DNA of 64,000 bases from Marivirga sp. (lineage in GTDB: Bacteria > Bacteroidota > Bacteroidia > Cytophagales > Cyclobacteriaceae). The notes under the pieces are model-generated. The model worked only from the letters and a program-made list of their open reading frames with translations. It was not told the origin of the DNA and ran no database searches. The stretch spans positions 5,613 to 69,612 of the forward strand of contig NZ_DASSWQ010000014.1 in assembly GCF_035704835.1 (NCBI RefSeq), written 5' to 3'. A program made the translations under genes and the position numbers. Of this stretch, positions 1-9,421 are shown piece after piece; positions within the stretch are counted from its first letter, which is position 1, and each line of letters begins with the position of its first letter.

Positions 1-161
1 GCATTTCACTGAACTCATTTAAAGCACATTCCCACATTATCAATCTAATTTTTATCCCCCCCCATATGTAATCTTTGAATAATCTTTTTCATACAAGTTA
101 TATGACAGTTCTTTAAAACGCCAATTTATAACACTTACATTTTGGTAAATAAAGAAACTAA

Positions 162-524
162 CTAATAAAAAAGTAAAGAATCCGATAACAATTTTGAAAA
201 ATTATCTATTTCATTTCTTTTTGCTCCTAATAGAAAAACCCTTTTGTTTTCTGTACTAGAGATCTCAAAAACTGAAGGTGCAATAGAAGTCATGTCAAAC
301 GTTGCCCTAACAACATTTTTTTTAATAAATAATTTAACAAAAAACAGCAAAAAAATACCATCAATTAATATCCTGTCTATAGAACTTATATTAAACTTAT
401 TTTTTAATATTTGATAAGAAACAGCATTTATATAAATGACAGTTTTATCATTTTGAAATATTTCATTAATTGTATTTACTGATGTTAAGCTTTTATTTTT
501 TATTGTAGATATATAATTATTCAT
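162..524 (-). pseudogene. WecB/TagA/CpsF-family glycosyltransferase, truncated (N-terminal ~120 aa only)
   Basis: IDGI, RATFDMTSIAP and RVFLLGAK match the WecB/TagA N-half. Stop follows at once. I found no GYxxGYF-type continuation in any frame of the remaining 161 nt. Confidence 0.65.
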
Positions 525-1617
525 TTTTTAATAGTCCTATTGTTAACATATATGAATAAAAAGTTACTCCATGCTGTCTGGCTAAATACACTTCAATTAT
601 GAATTCAATTGCAAATATAAGCAGAATAATAAAGTAAAACTTTTTATGATGCTTTATCGCAAAGTTTAAAGAGATTGCTAATAAAATTAAGAATAGAAGC
701 AAACCGAATATCCCATGTGTTAATATTATTTCTAAATATTGATTGTGCGTATTGTAATTTAAGTAATATTCAAGCCATGATTTATCTCTATATTCATTTA
801 GCTTAGTAAGACCATCACCAGTGCCCACCCCAAAATAGATATTATCTTTAATTGCTAGTAAACTATGTTCCCAGTTTCTCTTTCTTATATAATCAGAATC
901 ATGTATAAGTTTTAAAAATCTATTTTTAGTATCTTCATGATAATTAATCAGAATGAATGTTGATATAAAAATTGATGAAGCTAGAATAATAAATTTCATC
1001 AAATTTAATTCTCTGTATATTAAAAGCATTGATACTAATAAAAATATTAATATTGGCGCCTTGGCGGGGGTACTTAAAATAAAAATTAGTAATAAAAAAT
1101 GGATACTAATTTTTTGTTTGATTTTACTTTGAATCATATAGTTGATAATCAAAGCCCCGCAATAATACATTCCCAGATAGCTTCTGGGTATATTTGTAAT
1201 ATCAGTATCAAAAATTACATTCGACATAAAATTCAATAGCCCCAGCAGTAAAATTACACCTATTAATAGGTTTAAAAATTTAATTAAAAAGTTGGGTCTT
1301 TGAGAATTAACGACAATTAAAATCAATGGAACAAACAAAAGAGGTAACCTTTTTACCATAATATCTGCGATTTGGTCAATGTTTTCGGAATAAAATGAAC
1401 CGTAAAAATAAATGAAGAAAACACCTGCTGTTGGTGCTAAGATCTCTAAACTTTTTATAGTAATAACTTTTTTCTTGTAGCTCCAAGCGTAAATTATGGA
1501 TAAGGCCGAGCAAGCAATAAGTGAGATTGAATTTATAATAGGTAAGAATATCAGTCCGATAATTGATAAATAAACAATAAATTGAATTATATCATGTAAT
1601 AATCTTTCAATTTTCAT
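517..1617 (-). CDS. O-antigen ligase/polymerase-like membrane protein (WaaL/Wzy_C family)
   Basis: Many hydrophobic segments; periplasmic loop R..NW....FGVGTGD; YNTHNQYLEIILTHGIFG signature. Confidence 0.8.
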   Translation of the reverse strand: MKIERLLHDIIQFIVYLSIIGLIFLPIINSISLIACSALSIIYAWSYKKKVITIKSLEILAPTAGVFFIYFYGSFYSENIDQIADIMVKRLPLLFVPLILIVVNSQRPNFLIKFLNLLIGVILLLGLLNFMSNVIFDTDITNIPRSYLGMYYCGALIINYMIQSKIKQKISIHFLLLIFILSTPAKAPILIFLLVSMLLIYRELNLMKFIILASSIFISTFILINYHEDTKNRFLKLIHDSDYIRKRNWEHSLLAIKDNIYFGVGTGDGLTKLNEYRDKSWLEYYLNYNTHNQYLEIILTHGIFGLLLFLILLAISLNFAIKHHKKFYFIILLIFAIEFIIEVYLARQHGVTFYSYMLTIGLLKNE

Positions 1618-2719
1618 TTAACTTAATTTTAAAGAAATAAATTGCTAATAAGATAAAAATAAGTTGATATAACATGTTATGATAAAAACTTACTAAATAA
1701 ATTAATCCAATCATGAAAGTAGCTTTATTCTTTGAAAATATTATTAACAGGAATGTTAAAAACATTAAAGTTGGAATAATCCCAAAGTCAAATAAAAATC
1801 TAATAAAATCATTGTGCGTTTGTAGATCAGACTTAAAATTAGCTTTAATCATATTTCTAGAGGCTTCATTTCCTGCCCCCAATAATTTTTCATTAGTAGT
1901 TAATTCTGAAAATTTCTCTAGCGTTTTATTAAATAATGCATATCTTAATCCAAAAGATGCATCTCTCCCTGATTCATATCTTACCTCAACCAAACTTGGG
2001 TAGTTTTTAATTATACTATTGTAAACAGGATATGTGAGGTTTAGAAGTGTCATGTAAATTAACAGAACAACTAATCTAATTAATCTATTTTTTTTTGCAA
2101 AAAATAAAAAGAATGGTAAAAACAAGTAAAATGCTATGTTTAGACGTGTAACTGTTGGTAATATCAGCACTAAACCTATTGTATATAAAATTACTCGATA
2201 TAGTTTTTTCTTTATAAGTAGTATATTAATTGTAACAATTAATATAATGAACATTGAAAACGTGGTCGAACTTCCTGTAAAACCAGAAAATCTGCCTTCA
2301 AGAGCAAATGAAGTTGAAAAAAAAGAATATATTATTGCTAACAGAATGTATAAAACAAATACAATTAAACAGTATTTGGAAATTTTCTTTATCTGCCCGT
2401 CAAACTTTAATAAAGTACATGAACTGACTACAAAAAAATATAGTATTGGCATTGAATTCGATGCGCTCGTATAATTGATAATTGAAAATAGTAACAATAA
2501 AATACTCAACATTATTATAGAGACTTCAGATGTTGAGTATCTTTTCCTTATTACTTGAGTTGGAATAACTATAAAACTGAAAATTGATATCAAAGAGAAA
2601 TAGAAAACATTAAATTTAAATCCAATACCAAAAGGTAAAAGCAATCCTAAGATAATCGGGAATACGAGTACAGAAATAGGAAAGATCAAATTCGATTGAA
2701 ACTTAAGATTAATTTTCAT
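1607..2719 (-). CDS. wzy: O-antigen polymerase Wzy-like membrane protein
   Basis: Polytopic; GRFSGFTGSST loop, LLGAG and THNDFIRFLFDFG motifs; follows wzx. Confidence 0.7.
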   Translation of the reverse strand: MKINLKFQSNLIFPISVLVFPIILGLLLPFGIGFKFNVFYFSLISIFSFIVIPTQVIRKRYSTSEVSIIMLSILLLLFSIINYTSASNSMPILYFFVVSSCTLLKFDGQIKKISKYCLIVFVLYILLAIIYSFFSTSFALEGRFSGFTGSSTTFSMFIILIVTINILLIKKKLYRVILYTIGLVLILPTVTRLNIAFYLFLPFFLFFAKKNRLIRLVVLLIYMTLLNLTYPVYNSIIKNYPSLVEVRYESGRDASFGLRYALFNKTLEKFSELTTNEKLLGAGNEASRNMIKANFKSDLQTHNDFIRFLFDFGIIPTLMFLTFLLIIFSKNKATFMIGLIYLVSFYHNMLYQLIFILLAIYFFKIKLNEN

Positions 2720-3968
2720 TAATATCTTTTTTAATTCTTTTATGATGTATGTGTAAGTACGTTTTAATTAAAAATAGAGCCATGAATCCAGCTGATGTAC
2801 TTATTGCTGCTCCTATAACACCATATTTGGGCACTAAAATGAAATTTAGTGTTAGATTAATTACCAAGGATAAAATCGAACTATATAAGAGTAGCTTTTC
2901 TTTTCCTCTAATATACATCATATGATGAGGGTAATATGATAGCATAAAAAAGAAAGTACCGATTAGTAAAACATTTAAAACATTAATATTATTTAATAAT
3001 TCTTGCTTTCCTATTAGTTCTAGTAGAAATGGAGAGAAAAAATATAGCAAGACACATAATACGGTTGAAAGAAAAAGGATTTCACGGAGTAATTTTTCAC
3101 TAAGTTTTTTGAAGTTTGCCTCTTCGTTTAATTTATTTGCACGTATTAGTTTAGGATAAATTACAATTATCGTGACTGTGTGAATTGTTACAAAAACCAA
3201 GTTTGAAAGACTACTGAAGAAAGTAAAAATACCTACATTCTCTTTTGTTGTGTAAAAATCTAAAAAATATCTAGAAGAGAATTCTATTACTTTGAAAATC
3301 AAAGTTGAAGCGAAGAAGATAATTGAAATTTTTAATCCGCTTATTATATTATCAAAGACCTTTTTACTTAGACTTAAGGTAATCAGGTGGTTTTTCAAAA
3401 AATAAATCAGAATTAATATGAACGATATTGTTTCAAAGTAAAGCCAATAATTTATTATCACGGTGAGCGATATTGAAAATTCGAAAATCTTCAATTCTGT
3501 TAGTAATAATATAATTAAGCACCATAATCCCATTCTAACAAATTGAAGAATGTTAGCGAAAAGTGGTTTAGAAAATGCTATTAATAAACGATATCCTTCT
3601 AAACTTAGATGTTCTAAAATTAATATTAGGTAAAATATTAGAATCAAATTTGTTGGAATAATCTCTTTTAACAGGAAATATGAGGCCGGGATAAATATTA
3701 AATGTATAATTATGTGTAGTAAAAACTGTTCTCCAAGCAATCTCCTTTGTAAGGATTTTTTCTCTGAAACTACCTCCCTTATATTATATTGATAATAATC
3801 TAACCCTATAAATATAGCCGAAATAGTGACAGTTGTATAAAAAATTGAGTAAACCCCGTAATCTTCAAGGGATAAAGCTTTAAGAATGAGTAAATTAAAA
3901 ATGAACCTTATACCAATGGTTAAGCTTCTTGTAGTTAATATAGAGAGTTTATAAAAAAAGCCTTTCAA
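2709..3968 (-). CDS. wzx: Wzx polysaccharide flippase (MOP superfamily)
   Basis: ~12 TM; LEDYGVYSIF, ENVGIFT and LVPKYGVIGAAIST motifs; TTG start. Confidence 0.88.
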   Translation of the reverse strand: MKGFFYKLSILTTRSLTIGIRFIFNLLILKALSLEDYGVYSIFYTTVTISAIFIGLDYYQYNIREVVSEKKSLQRRLLGEQFLLHIIIHLIFIPASYFLLKEIIPTNLILIFYLILILEHLSLEGYRLLIAFSKPLFANILQFVRMGLWCLIILLLTELKIFEFSISLTVIINYWLYFETISFILILIYFLKNHLITLSLSKKVFDNIISGLKISIIFFASTLIFKVIEFSSRYFLDFYTTKENVGIFTFFSSLSNLVFVTIHTVTIIVIYPKLIRANKLNEEANFKKLSEKLLREILFLSTVLCVLLYFFSPFLLELIGKQELLNNINVLNVLLIGTFFFMLSYYPHHMMYIRGKEKLLLYSSILSLVINLTLNFILVPKYGVIGAAISTSAGFMALFLIKTYLHIHHKRIKKDINEN

Positions 3969-4261
3969 AAAATATTATTTAAATGCTGAAAAAGAGAAAT
4001 TCTTTAATTCAAAAAAAAGAAAATTAGAACTAATTTTCTCATTAATTATATTTTAAAATTAATTCATCAAATACTTATAGGTAGAATGCGCAAATAGATA
4101 TTTCTTTTTAAAATCTCCCTATTTAGTTTTGATGTAGTTCTATTTAATGAGATTCTATTATTTATTGACGATTTATTTATTATTAAAATTTGATACAGAT
4201 TTTAAAATAAAAAATCATACTAAATTTATTTGGAAGCAAATGTAATTAAAAGACTTATTAT

Positions 4262-5218
4262 TTAAACTATAGCTTCTGACCTGATGTTCATTTTTTTAAA
4301 GATAGTATTAATTTTTGCATATGGGTTAGTCAAATATATAACCTCAACTCCTGGGATATTCATCATGGTTAATAAAGTAGAACTACCAAAAGCAAATAAT
4401 TTGACATTACTTGTATTATACTTTAATAACTTTAAAATCCATTCTTCGGCAATCATATTAGTATCAATAATTTTTGACTGATTAATTTTATAATTATTCA
4501 TCAAGGTATCCTTGGGATGTGGTAGAAGATAATCAATCTTATATTTTTCTATGACATTGTTAAATAAACCAACAGAAATCTGCTTTGAAAGTCTTCCAAT
4601 ATCATAATAAGGAGTAGTCAATAAAATATTAATAGTATTATTGTTACTTGGTTTGTTTAGGGAATTACTTAGATCCAATAGTGAAACAAATGTACTGTTC
4701 GGAAAAATATTGAAATCAGGAGGAAATATTGTGAAATGGCAACTAATGAAGGTTTTAAGATTTTTATATAATAAATTTTTATTAAAAACTTTAAAAATAA
4801 AACTAGATATCCAATGTTCCTTAATTACGTCAAAATATCCTCCAACATTCAAATTTCCAATTCCGTCATCATAGGAATATATTTCACCATACTTCTTAGT
4901 ATAGTTAATAGTGGACAATAATAATACTCTGTTAAATGCGGTTTTTAATTGACCAATATAAATAGACTTAAACTTTTTCTTTCTAAGCGTGAGTAACAAT
5001 TTGAAAAGCTGAATTAAACCAGCAGAAGAATTTAAGTCAATTAATATTGAATTTTCAAAGAAGAGATTTATTTTATTGAAATAATTTAAATCTTTCTTAT
5101 TTATATTTTTAGTAAGATACACTAAAAAAACACCTGTTTTAGGCTTAGATTCCTTTAAAATTGATTTAATTATTAAGCAGTGTAAAGGAGTGTTTGCAAT
5201 AATAAGAGACTTATACAT
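4262..5218 (-). CDS. GT52 (Lst-like) nonulosonate transferase, probably pseudaminyltransferase
   Basis: SYDDGIGN, LPHPK, MIAEEWI and GSSTLL resemble the Lst/GT52 motifs FDDGxxN, PHP and IAEDY; next to pseI. Confidence 0.7.
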   Translation of the reverse strand: MYKSLIIANTPLHCLIIKSILKESKPKTGVFLVYLTKNINKKDLNYFNKINLFFENSILIDLNSSAGLIQLFKLLLTLRKKKFKSIYIGQLKTAFNRVLLLSTINYTKKYGEIYSYDDGIGNLNVGGYFDVIKEHWISSFIFKVFNKNLLYKNLKTFISCHFTIFPPDFNIFPNSTFVSLLDLSNSLNKPSNNNTINILLTTPYYDIGRLSKQISVGLFNNVIEKYKIDYLLPHPKDTLMNNYKINQSKIIDTNMIAEEWILKLLKYNTSNVKLFAFGSSTLLTMMNIPGVEVIYLTNPYAKINTIFKKMNIRSEAIV

Positions 5219-5401
5219 ATGCGAATTTTCAAGTAGTTACGTAGATAAAAATATCATTTTAGATTTACATTTTTTGAACAGAAAGAGTAGTTAAAATTTC
5301 TTTTGAAAGAAAAATATTTTATCAATTATAAACACTAAGCAAAGTCAAAAATACTTTAATCAAAAATAATAAACACTCCTCTCAACCTAAAAAACCTTGA
5401 A

Positions 5402-6409
5402 TTAATACAAATGTAATGGTGTGCCTTTTTTAGCATTTGAGTTAGCTATTTTTCCAATTATATCATTTAAATATTTCGGATGCATACCATGCCCAGGTCT
5501 AACACTTCTCACATGTTCTTCAGTTATAACTTCACCTTTTTTAATATCTTTTGCCACAAATAAAGATCGTCTCCTTAACTTACTCTTTTCACTAACCTCA
5601 TAACTAACTTTTCCCAAAGCTTCTTCTGCTTCCCTTACTCCTTGTACCATATCAGCAAATTCATTTGGCTCCATGGAGAAAGCAGAATCAGGACCACCCA
5701 AAGATCGGTCTAGAATAAAATGTTTTTCTACAACCGTTGCACCTAATGCAACTGAAACAATCGGAATGGTGCTTCCCATGGTATGATCTGAAACCCCTAC
5801 TTTAACATTAAAAGTCTCTTTTAGATTTGGAATAGTTAGCAAATTAGCCATATCAAAAGGTGCAGGATATTCGGAAGTACATTTTAATAGTGTAATATCA
5901 TTATTTCCAACTTTCCTACAGCTATGCACGGCCAGTTCAATATCTGCTAATTCTGCAACTCCTGTAGAAATTATAATTGGTTTCCCTTTGGAGGCCGTGT
6001 ATTCTATTAATGGAATATCAGTAATTTCTAAAGAAGCTATTTTATATCTAGGTACACCAACTTCGTTTTCAAGAAAGTCAACCCCGTGTAAATCGAAAGG
6101 GGAGCTAAAAAATTCCATGCCTAAGTCATTAGCTACCTTTTTAAGTTTTGGTTGCCATTCATAAGGCATTGCAGCCTCTTCAAACAGTTCATAAGGTCTT
6201 CTACCTTTCCATAATCCTTCCTTTCTAGGTCCGAAATACTCATTATCGACATCTAATGTAAGCGAATCAGGAGTGTAAGTTTGTACTTTAACAGCGTCTG
6301 CTCCTGAGGAAGCCATGGCCTCAATAGTTTTTACTGCTAAGTTATAATCATTATTATGATTAGCTGAAAGTTCAGCTATAATATAAACTTTATTATTCTT
6401 GTTATCCAT
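5402..6409 (-). CDS. pseI: Pseudaminic acid synthase
   Basis: IIAELSANHN, DAVKVQTYTPD, YKIASLEITD, GVSDHTMG, EKHFILDR; C-terminal SAF domain. Confidence 0.95.
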   Translation of the reverse strand: MDNKNNKVYIIAELSANHNNDYNLAVKTIEAMASSGADAVKVQTYTPDSLTLDVDNEYFGPRKEGLWKGRRPYELFEEAAMPYEWQPKLKKVANDLGMEFFSSPFDLHGVDFLENEVGVPRYKIASLEITDIPLIEYTASKGKPIIISTGVAELADIELAVHSCRKVGNNDITLLKCTSEYPAPFDMANLLTIPNLKETFNVKVGVSDHTMGSTIPIVSVALGATVVEKHFILDRSLGGPDSAFSMEPNEFADMVQGVREAEEALGKVSYEVSEKSKLRRRSLFVAKDIKKGEVITEEHVRSVRPGHGMHPKYLNDIIGKIANSNAKKGTPLHLY

Positions 6410-7400
6410 TTTCTAATATCTTTACTATTCGATCTACTCCTTTAAAATCAAGAGTACTTTTAGCTAACTTACTTAATTTTTTTCTTTTGTTCGGATTGTT
6501 GATTAGCTCATTTAACTCAGAATTCAATTTTGTCTCAGTTAAATCATCTATTAGCCCTAGGCTAATTAATGCGTCTGTGTTTTTTGCCAAATATTGAACG
6601 GCCTCTGCATTAGCCTTTTGATGTCCATAAGACAATATAGGCATTCCCAAAGCCATAAATTCATACGTGCTTACCCCAAAAGCTGAGATCAGCAAATCAT
6701 TTTTCAATATGTCTTGATGATTAAACTCATTGTATAAAAAATTTGTATATTTTGTATTATATTTTTTTAAATCTATTAGGTATTTATAGTCATTTCCATA
6801 AAAAAAATTAAAAGAAATATTTTTATAATCTTTTTTATCAAGCATTCCTTGAATGATCTTCAAGGTGTTCTTAGGGTCAGTTCCCCCTGCAATAATCCCT
6901 ATATTTTTAACTTCATTTATGCTTTCTTTTTTTTTAAGTGAAGTTACTTTATTATGAAAAGTAAAATATTCTAGACCTTGATAAACTCGAGTACTAGGCT
7001 TGAAATCACTAAAGAATGGCTTTTTTTGATTTATAGAAGGTAATATAAACAAATCTGCTAGATATTTCGAATTACTAATATTTTGATAAAAAGCTATTTT
7101 AGCATATTTCTTAATTTGACTAATAAATTCCTTATCAAATTCAATAATTCCATCTACATAAAATAAATCAATTAAATATTGCTTTATGATTAACAGTTCA
7201 TTGATTTGCTTAAGAGAATTTAATTCAAAAGTTTGAAAAGTAAAGCCCTTAGACTTTTCAAGATCCCAAAAATCTGAAGGGTTATGTGCAAAAAGAATTT
7301 TATGACCTTTTTCTGAAAGCTTATTTGCTAAGGCAACAGACCTATAATAATGTCCTAATCCAACCTCTCCACCCGCATCAACTCTAAATAAAATATTCAT
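6402..7400 (-). CDS. pseG: UDP-2,4-diacylamido-2,4,6-trideoxy-beta-L-altropyranose hydrolase
   Basis: FRVDAGGEVGLGHYYRS, GGTDPKN and GVSTYEFMALG motifs; context. Confidence 0.88.
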   Translation of the reverse strand: MNILFRVDAGGEVGLGHYYRSVALANKLSEKGHKILFAHNPSDFWDLEKSKGFTFQTFELNSLKQINELLIIKQYLIDLFYVDGIIEFDKEFISQIKKYAKIAFYQNISNSKYLADLFILPSINQKKPFFSDFKPSTRVYQGLEYFTFHNKVTSLKKKESINEVKNIGIIAGGTDPKNTLKIIQGMLDKKDYKNISFNFFYGNDYKYLIDLKKYNTKYTNFLYNEFNHQDILKNDLLISAFGVSTYEFMALGMPILSYGHQKANAEAVQYLAKNTDALISLGLIDDLTETKLNSELNELINNPNKRKKLSKLAKSTLDFKGVDRIVKILENG

Positions 7401-7402
7401 TA

Positions 7403-8065
7403 CTATTCTACACTTCCAATTTGCCTTGCGGGATTACCTACCATTTTTGCATAATCTGGTACATCTTTCAGGACTACTGACCCTATACCTGTTATGGACC
7501 ATTTACCTAGTTTTACAAATTCTAAAGTAGTTGCATTAGTCCCTAAATATGCTCCTTCTTCCAAATGTACATCTGCTCCAATACATGCATTATTAGCAAT
7601 ATAGCAGTAGTCATCTAGAACAGCCCCATGGCCTATTAATGACTGAGCATATATTTGGACATGATTTCCAATTTTAGTGTTAGGGCCAACAGAAACAAAT
7701 GGCTGGATGCAAGTGCCATTTCCTATTTGTGCAAATTTAGATACTACTGCAGTGGGATGAATTATTGTAGCAAATCTATTCTTTGGAATTTCTAAATCAG
7801 TTAATTTATTTAAAAATTTGAAGTTCATTTTTACCGAAATTAAGGTGTAAAAAAAATAAACATCAGGGTCTATTAAATACTTATTAATAGTCTTTTTATC
7901 AATTTTACCCAAAACAGGTGATCCATTAATGGGTTGAGTTTCCCTGTCATTTAAAAACCCTATTAAATCCCATTCTTGATTTACAGCATTTATATCTTCA
8001 ACAGTCGATTGAACGACAGTTCCATTACCATATCCGCCTATTATAATTAGTTTTTTAATTGCCAT
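7403..8065 (-). CDS. NeuD/PglD-family hexapeptide-repeat sugar N/O-acyltransferase
   Basis: N-terminal IIGGYGNG Rossmann motif, TIIHPTA, left-handed beta-helix repeats, C-terminal VGNPAR. Confidence 0.9.
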   Translation of the reverse strand: MAIKKLIIIGGYGNGTVVQSTVEDINAVNQEWDLIGFLNDRETQPINGSPVLGKIDKKTINKYLIDPDVYFFYTLISVKMNFKFLNKLTDLEIPKNRFATIIHPTAVVSKFAQIGNGTCIQPFVSVGPNTKIGNHVQIYAQSLIGHGAVLDDYCYIANNACIGADVHLEEGAYLGTNATTLEFVKLGKWSITGIGSVVLKDVPDYAKMVGNPARQIGSVE

Positions 8066-8066
8066 A

Positions 8067-8960
8067 TTAAGTAGTTTTATTGATCAAGTCCATTTTTTTC
8101 AGGATTTTTTGTGAGGATAAAATCATTGGAGGTCCCACGAATTTACCATTCACCAATGCGACTCCCTTCCCTTCTTTTTTTGCCTCATGCGCAAGCATTA
8201 AAATTTCATTGGCATTAGTAACCTCTTCTTCTGTTGGAGAAAAATATTGATGAACTAATGGTATTTCTTTAGGGTTTAGGACCATCATTCCCTCAAATCC
8301 TAAGATTTTAGCAATTTTAAGATTTTCCTCAAGTTCATCTAAATCATGAACATTAATGTGGACAGTATCAATAGGGACTACATTATTTGCTTTTGCAGCC
8401 ATAGCAATCATGGCCCTTGGTGTAAATAAACTTTGTCCAGCTGAGTCATGGATTCCACCTAAGTCTGTTATAAAATCTTCACAACCATAGGCAATCGCGA
8501 TAACTCTTGATGACGCTTTACATATTTCCTGTGCATTTAATACTGCTGCTGTGGTTTCAATTAAAGGTATAAGCTTAAAAGTTCCAATAGGAATCTCTTT
8601 TTCATATTCTATTGTTTCAAGTAATTTATCTATAAAATAAATATCTTCCCCTTTTTTAGCTTTAGGGTACATGAACCCATGAACCCCTTCAATAGTAAGT
8701 TGATATATGTCTTTTAGTAATTGCCCGCTTTCTCTATCATTTACTCTGGGGAATATCTTTTTATTTCCAAAACGTCCCGATTCGACCCAATCTTTTATGT
8801 TTGCCCTTGCAATAGGTTTATTTTCAGTAGGCTGAACGGAATCCTCTAAATCTAGTAATAATACATCAGCATTTTTGGTGCTAGCACTTTCCATCAACTT
8901 TAAATTGTGTGCCGGAACAAACATTAAACTTCTCATCAAGAAAAAATCATCGCTCTTCAT
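8067..8960 (-). CDS. CitE/HpcH-family acyl-CoA lyase/thioesterase
   Basis: RSLMFVP, LDLEDSV, RVN, YPK, PLIET, YGCEDF, LGFEG motifs. Confidence 0.92.
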   Translation of the reverse strand: MKSDDFFLMRSLMFVPAHNLKLMESASTKNADVLLLDLEDSVQPTENKPIARANIKDWVESGRFGNKKIFPRVNDRESGQLLKDIYQLTIEGVHGFMYPKAKKGEDIYFIDKLLETIEYEKEIPIGTFKLIPLIETTAAVLNAQEICKASSRVIAIAYGCEDFITDLGGIHDSAGQSLFTPRAMIAMAAKANNVVPIDTVHINVHDLDELEENLKIAKILGFEGMMVLNPKEIPLVHQYFSPTEEEVTNANEILMLAHEAKKEGKGVALVNGKFVGPPMILSSQKILKKMDLINKTT

Positions 8961-9421
8961 GCCTCTTCTTGCTTTTTAATTAATACATTTCTTTTAAAAG
9001 AGATTACACTCTTTCCCTCCTGATTAATTCCAAAAGTTTCAACATACACTATCCCGGCAGTGACATTGGATTTCGATTCTCTTTTATCTATAATTTTTGT
9101 TTTAGCATAAATTGTATCACCTATAAATACAGGGGCTAGATGGTTTATTTCTTCGTAATTTAAATTTGCTATAGCTTTCCCGCTTATGTCAGGGACCGTT
9201 ATGCCCACTACCAAGCTAAATACTAAAGTGCCTACAACCAATATTTTACCATATTTTTCATCTTTGCAGTAATCTGAATTTAGATGGACTGGGTGATGGT
9301 TCATTGTAATAAGGCTAAATAAATTGTTATCACTTTCAAAGATTGTTTTTGAAAGTTGGTGTTCTATTTCATCACCAATTTCAAAATCCTCATAGTAATT
9401 ACCCATTTTAGATGGTGTCAT
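8957..9421 (-). CDS. MaoC-family (hot-dog fold) acyl-CoA hydratase/dehydratase
   Basis: YYEDFEIGD, DNNLF...NHHPVH, PVFIGDTIYA motifs. Confidence 0.92.
   Translation of the reverse strand: MTPSKMGNYYEDFEIGDEIEHQLSKTIFESDNNLFSLITMNHHPVHLNSDYCKDEKYGKILVVGTLVFSLVVGITVPDISGKAIANLNYEEINHLAPVFIGDTIYAKTKIIDKRESKSNVTAGIVYVETFGINQEGKSVISFKRNVLIKKQEEA

Noticed and set aside
56-6935. Homopolymer tracts (C8 at 56-63, T9 at 2088-2096 and 6927-6935) as phase-variation switches
   Set aside because: The A/T runs are expected at this AT content and the genes are in frame; the C8 run lies outside any supported gene.
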